From an archaeon (GTDB lineage: Archaea; Nanobdellota; Nanobdellia; Woesearchaeales; UBA9642), in assembly GCA_020057295.1 (NCBI GenBank), contig JAGVGF010000006.1:128001-192000 (forward strand): a stretch of 64,000 nucleotides of DNA, written 5' to 3'. The notes beneath the pieces are model-generated. The model had not been told where the DNA came from. It worked only from the letters and a program-made list of their open reading frames with translations, and did not search any database. Shown piece after piece: positions 61,501 through 64,000 of the stretch (positions are counted from its first letter, which is position 1; each line of letters starts with the position of its first letter). A program made the position numbers and the translations under genes.

Positions 61501-61811
61501 CCAGTATAGCCGTTAAAATCTGTACAAGATTGAGAACCGCCATCGCAAGTTTCATAACCATTCTTTTTACCATCACCACAAGATTCACAAAATCCACAAC
61601 CAGCCCACCGACAACTAGAACAATAATTTAGGCCATTATATCCCCCACCACAGGAACAAGAATTAGGCCAATTTTGATCACACTGCTCTCCAGGATCCAA
61701 AATAGTATCACCACAATATGCGGAAACATTAGAAGAAATAATAATTAATAGAAAAGTGCTTAATATAAAAAATATTGTTAGTGAAAATAACGTTTTATTC
61801 TTCATCATCAT
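55530..61811 (-). CDS. Giant Cys-rich secreted protein (2093 aa) with multiple repeat families
   Basis: Signal peptide; many CGDxxxNGxExCD repeats, GEQCDDGN repeats, three copies of an Ig-like module (C.I...I.PG.GC...VNYTGDCS...QVD). Confidence 0.87.
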   Translation of the reverse strand: MMMKNKTLFSLTIFFILSTFLLIIISSNVSAYCGDTILDPGEQCDQNWPNSCSCGGGYNGLNYCSSCRWAGCGFCESCGDGKKNGYETCDGGSQSCTDFNGYTGTQSCFLCTGYSNCYSTEMCGDGWRNGRELCDGDTVSCSTVAGYSGTQRCGGLCNGYDQCYSYESCGDNVRNGNEQCDSNTETCFVNGYPGSKSCDLWCSWNNCVTPYYCGDSITIGPEQCDGNTRACTTAAGYAGTESCTGSCSWSGTCVPSESCGDNVRNGNEQCDGSGTICITNGYIGSKSCSASCTLNACTTTQHCGDNIRNGFEICDGTSGSTCANIYGAEYIGTPGCRTDCSAFVQGTCRIALDYVCKGSSTGSCDIFAIPSLSWSGYDCGANAPTDCSTVESGNDPNICGGTINCKDSSLQSNSACTAAGCTWQPNVCGDSVMNVAAGEQCDDGNLNNYDGCSSSCLKTYVCKGSSTQSCNGYFVDNCETECDTAPAGCYADQFWSECYHSCGGIIECKDSSLQSNSACTAAGCGWQPNVCGDGVVNVLDGEECDDGNSVVGDGCSSCKLEYICKGPSTRSCGEFEIPSLSWSGYDCSADAPLNCYTVEPAINPNYCDGTIDCSAYRGAKCTTLGCSWVPSICGDNIIDPNRGDECDGSTAYGKTCANYNVYSDPQGNGADVPANNGNLICGGCKLNSAGCGYCSNGIREPAEICDGSDINGKVCSQYNSCSNANGNAVNCNNGVVSCTNSCNFDYSKCGYCGNNVKEFSETCDGTTLNSMTCTGVKNDGRTWIGTLGCNTGCSGYDVSRCTTCGNTITDSGEQCDYIPPSSVTFSTTASMQRSNNNGANYYGVCGDTTSLTRFCLENGFNTATVGATPITFGTPCIKYVGGWNTLIAAYVYPVTCSNNIPDTSVGCTNTCQIKDCTILSASITPSSCGSSSANACNVGTTWTVNVRYTGNCALTEAIQVDAASSDNSCKIQFSSGSMKGMTGSNTLLNTPLITTTSFTYTVPTLPLICGNKVINNITGISFRYDGGVVVKSLPVNDLSKRLLDITEDDLLGSYPSKKVLASKDVSEKIDTEYFGIGATLPPTILAYYAGTQINPIYLYNIECDTNTDCVVKNSLKPTCIFRQCVACTSDAQCPANTFCMGDGACGTCKITGIDIKPGNGCDIVNSACNSDNKLNITVNYTGDCSKAKSVQIDFASAYGSCVMNYNTPDSTNVISKMILLIFNPNLSSFTSPTNLLSDKIPSIPVGCNGQTLTLVASEAYSGLPIPLNKQSNYYSTTLTKGITLTNGSCGNYFVDTIYGEQCDVGPTDTADCYKCHWSICGDGMKQTPNHNSITEQCDLGGFNTNTACVAAPNTVCSYCNTTCSNITIIGPICGDGKLDAGEQCDYNTTSGSKTYPSPNATDGSRVVICDDKPSRVKYCIDNNYATSNEAAATHSGSVASCKLWNGLQWITNNSKNITTSVTCSRRANDPYDEYDPDNMIGQDGSGCSPNCTLRTRCGDAIAQTISEGATNLNGGPFPWLAQNGTLCDGTETYCESGYQAHIEWRQFTGFWGYLNHSKFWSNRWWVPDYPDFYVVPLSDTDPNYFMATLHCDFKYDSWCNDETQTYDISNLDRTFYDLTENDFQRGLNAGGTNYYKIYGDHNNNGREICDTLGVTHVVKAGQPYPGHAPCLDTCTIDWPKWTQDAARCGDGITQPQYGESCDSSNPGCVYCQLCSITNVAVYPGTGCDRGVCAPKDKVRVVINFTGDCSAARFAQVDINSTDGACNIGGQGAVIGLNSSEMGDLSIGAGSTSIEFNYTLNGTIPAKCAGKLMGVIPPGGAAFFTNAAKTLNTVDDKFYPHTQNIPVANSGVNFTIDSAHHTWMTCAEVRDKLGLTVLGQSCALPVPPVHKICAGASNCVYKNSSGQAACLVASLNLDNPAVTNYDGNTVICSANKTLCPQGFRYGLTDGYCFPALNSCDVGTDFNTGNNCSKLLNALFKLPLFVNITGDERVNGSSADTVKKCAKKCGLDKKKVTLSNECVRNCLINPTAAVIPGNIVEDPKYDLIVNSIITNCTFPDIVVTDKIGYYCGISNLFNSTSGKYLIYGKKNIVVN
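60213..60593 (-). repeat. Near-identical internal DNA repeat in the giant Cys-rich gene
   Basis: CAACCAGCAGCAGTACAAGCAGAATTAGACTGCAAAGAAGAATC exact at 60241 and 60550, with matching flank ATCACCACAAACATTTGGTTGCCAA. Confidence 0.85.
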
Positions 61812-62469
61812 TACTCTTGACGACTTTTGATTTTGTCGTAGAAGATTTTTTCTCAGATTTAAATTTTTGTGTAATAGAATTTAATTCATTTACATTATCA
61901 ATGAATGTTGGTAAAACTTTTCCAAATACTTTTTCCATTGCTTGCAATTGTGCACCGACGTCAATCATATGTTTATCATAATCTCCAATCTTTCCAATAA
62001 TTGCATTGTGTAATTTATCGAATTGTGCTTGTAAGTCTGTCATCTGTTGTTCCATTGATGCTAACTTATTATCTGCTTTTTGTTTCCATTCAATTACTTT
62101 ATTTATGTCTTTTACAAGTTCATTCCATTTCTCGTCTATGATTGCTTCTACTAATTCTTCGGGCGATCCTTGTAATGAACTCATTGAAACCCCTTGTGAA
62201 GGCATAGATTGTATTGGTGGTAATTGATTACCAAGTTGTTGCATTTGTGGACTTAATTGAGAATTTGATTGTTCGCCTGCTGCTTGTGGTGAACCCATTT
62301 CTGATTGTGATATTGCATCAAATATCTGGCTAGAAGTATAACCATCTCTTTGTAATGTTTGTATAATCTGATTATTAGTGTAGCCTTGCTGCTTCATTGC
62401 AGAAACTTGTCCAATCGGAATATCTGGACCAGCAGCGAGGTCAGATTTGTTAGACTTAAATATACCCAT
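61795..62469 (-). CDS. Coiled-coil protein with Gln-rich linker, overlapping the start of the giant Cys-rich gene
   Basis: N-terminal GYTNNQIIQTLQRDGY, then EELVEAIIDEKW and heptad-rich C-terminal half. Confidence 0.8.
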   Translation of the reverse strand: MGIFKSNKSDLAAGPDIPIGQVSAMKQQGYTNNQIIQTLQRDGYTSSQIFDAISQSEMGSPQAAGEQSNSQLSPQMQQLGNQLPPIQSMPSQGVSMSSLQGSPEELVEAIIDEKWNELVKDINKVIEWKQKADNKLASMEQQMTDLQAQFDKLHNAIIGKIGDYDKHMIDVGAQLQAMEKVFGKVLPTFIDNVNELNSITQKFKSEKKSSTTKSKVVKSNDDEE

Positions 62470-62649
62470 AACACCCTCTTTATATTATTAACGCACAATT
62501 ACTATATATAATATGCATTTATACCAATAACATGTTTATAAACTTTACGCTCAACTATATATAGTATATTATTACAACATTATCCGAGTTCATCGTAACA
62601 TTTTTAAACAATATATGTTTTCGTGAAATATTATTGTGGGGTAAATTTT

Positions 62650-64000
62650 ATGGGTTTGTTTGATAACATTATCAATAATCTGCCAGAAGTATCACGTCCA
62701 AGTCAGAAGAAGTTGCCTTTTAAGGACAAGCTTAAATGGACTCTGATTATATTGATGATATTCTTTGTACTTGGAATGATTCCATTATTTGGTCTTGGTT
62801 CTAATGCATTACAACAGTTTGAATTCTTATCTATTATATTAGGTGCAAGTTTCGGATCCATAATATCACTTGGTATCGGTCCAATAGTTACTGCATCTAT
62901 CGTATTACAATTATTGAATGGTTCTGGACTTTGGAAATTTGATATGACCACACATGAAGGTAAGCAAAGATTTCAAGGATTTCAGAAATTATTCTCTATA
63001 TTTTTCATCATATTAGAAGCTGGCGTATATGTATTCATGGGAGGTCTTTCACCTAATGCAGCATACATCGGTACTTCATTATATTTCCAGTTAGAATTAG
63101 TTTTAGTATTCCAATTAATCCTTGGCGGAATAATGATTATGTTTATGGACGAGATTGTTACTAAATGGGGTTTTGGTTCTGGTATCTCATTATTTATTGC
63201 GGCAGGTGTTGCTCAACAAGTATTTATCAGAGCATTTTCATTTCTTCCGAATCCATCTAGTCCAGGAACGGTTACTGGAGCGATTCCTAACTTATTTATT
63301 AGTTTAGCAGGAGGAGATCCTACTACTGCGATGTTAATGATTGCATCCATTGTAGCAACTATAGTTGTATTCCTACTTGCAGTTTATGTTCAAGCAATGA
63401 AAGTAGAAATACCACTTAGTTTTGGTAGAGTAAGAGGACATGGAATAAGATGGCCATTAAATTTCTTATACACATCTAACATTCCAGTAATTTTAGTCGC
63501 TGCATTAATGGCTAATGTACAATTATTTGCAACATTATTACAAAAATGGGGTCATCCAATACTTGGAACATTTAGTGGTAGCTCTCCAACATCAGGATTC
63601 GTATTATGGATTTATGGTGGAGATGTTGTCGGAAAACTTATTAAAGGATCATTTGTACCAGCAGATTTATTTCATGCATTAGTATATATATTATTCATGG
63701 TTATTGGTTCAGTAGTATTCAGTATATTCTGGGTTCAGTCAGCAGGTATGGATTCTAGAAGTCAAGCTAAACAGATAATGTCTTCAGGATTACAAATTCC
63801 AGGATTTAGACGAGATGAAAGAGTATTAGAAAGAGTTCTAGATAGATATATTTGGCCATTGACAATAATGGGTGCAATTAGTGTAGGATTTTTAGCAGCT
63901 CTTGCAGATTTAAGCGGAGCATTATCTAGAGGAACAGGAATATTATTAACAGTAATGATTATATACCAATTATATGAGAATATTGCTCGTGAACACATGA
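62650..64000 (+). CDS. secY: Preprotein translocase SecY, runs off window end
   Basis: Manual translation from ATG 62650: KLKWTLIIL...SLGIGPIVTASIVLQLL...KWGFGSGISLFIAAG...FLYTSNIPVIL...QIPGFRRD; open to the window end. Confidence 0.96.
   Translation, partial: MGLFDNIINNLPEVSRPSQKKLPFKDKLKWTLIILMIFFVLGMIPLFGLGSNALQQFEFLSIILGASFGSIISLGIGPIVTASIVLQLLNGSGLWKFDMTTHEGKQRFQGFQKLFSIFFIILEAGVYVFMGGLSPNAAYIGTSLYFQLELVLVFQLILGGIMIMFMDEIVTKWGFGSGISLFIAAGVAQQVFIRAFSFLPNPSSPGTVTGAIPNLFISLAGGDPTTAMLMIASIVATIVVFLLAVYVQAMKVEIPLSFGRVRGHGIRWPLNFLYTSNIPVILVAALMANVQLFATLLQKWGHPILGTFSGSSPTSGFVLWIYGGDVVGKLIKGSFVPADLFHALVYILFMVIGSVVFSIFWVQSAGMDSRSQAKQIMSSGLQIPGFRRDERVLERVLDRYIWPLTIMGAISVGFLAALADLSGALSRGTGILLTVMIIYQLYENIAREHM

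Noticed and set aside
51800-61700. CRISPR-like periodic repeats
   Set aside because: Repeats are in-frame, degenerate protein-coding modules without constant repeat/unique spacer structure; no cas genes
62703-63998. Minus-strand ORFs 62703-62951 and 63762-63998
   Set aside because: Antisense to secY

Overview
AT-rich archaeal chromosomal window, most consistent with a DPANN archaeon, probably Woesearchaeota. The lineage call is an inference from archaeal Topo VI, DnaG, Rio1/Dim2, ABCE1, translin, archaeal SecY, TATA-box promoters and a bacterial-type AspRS. There are four zones. (1) 1-17 kb: informational genes, plus a dense, unannotated dnaG-trmI-abrB region with a ~300-nt structured dnaG leader, two putative small hairpin RNAs and two SD-led micro-ORFs. 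(2) 16-37 kb: a fermentation supercluster with LplA-like ligase, HxlR, D-LDH, hypACDEF, group 3b [NiFe] hydrogenase, PDH complex and Pta. (3) 37-45 kb: housekeeping and membrane genes. (4) 45.6-64 kb: a surface locus with three paralogous membrane proteins, two giant Cys-rich secreted proteins alternating with two proteins carrying bacterial T9SS (Por) C-terminal sorting domains under archaeal promoters, and a coiled-coil gene divergent from secY. The best candidates for an undescribed system are the T9SS-cargo-like/Cys-rich locus and the structured RNA cluster upstream of dnaG. No tRNA, rRNA, CRISPR, transposase, integrase or reverse transcriptase was recognised. All family assignments come from motif recognition by eye, not database searches.
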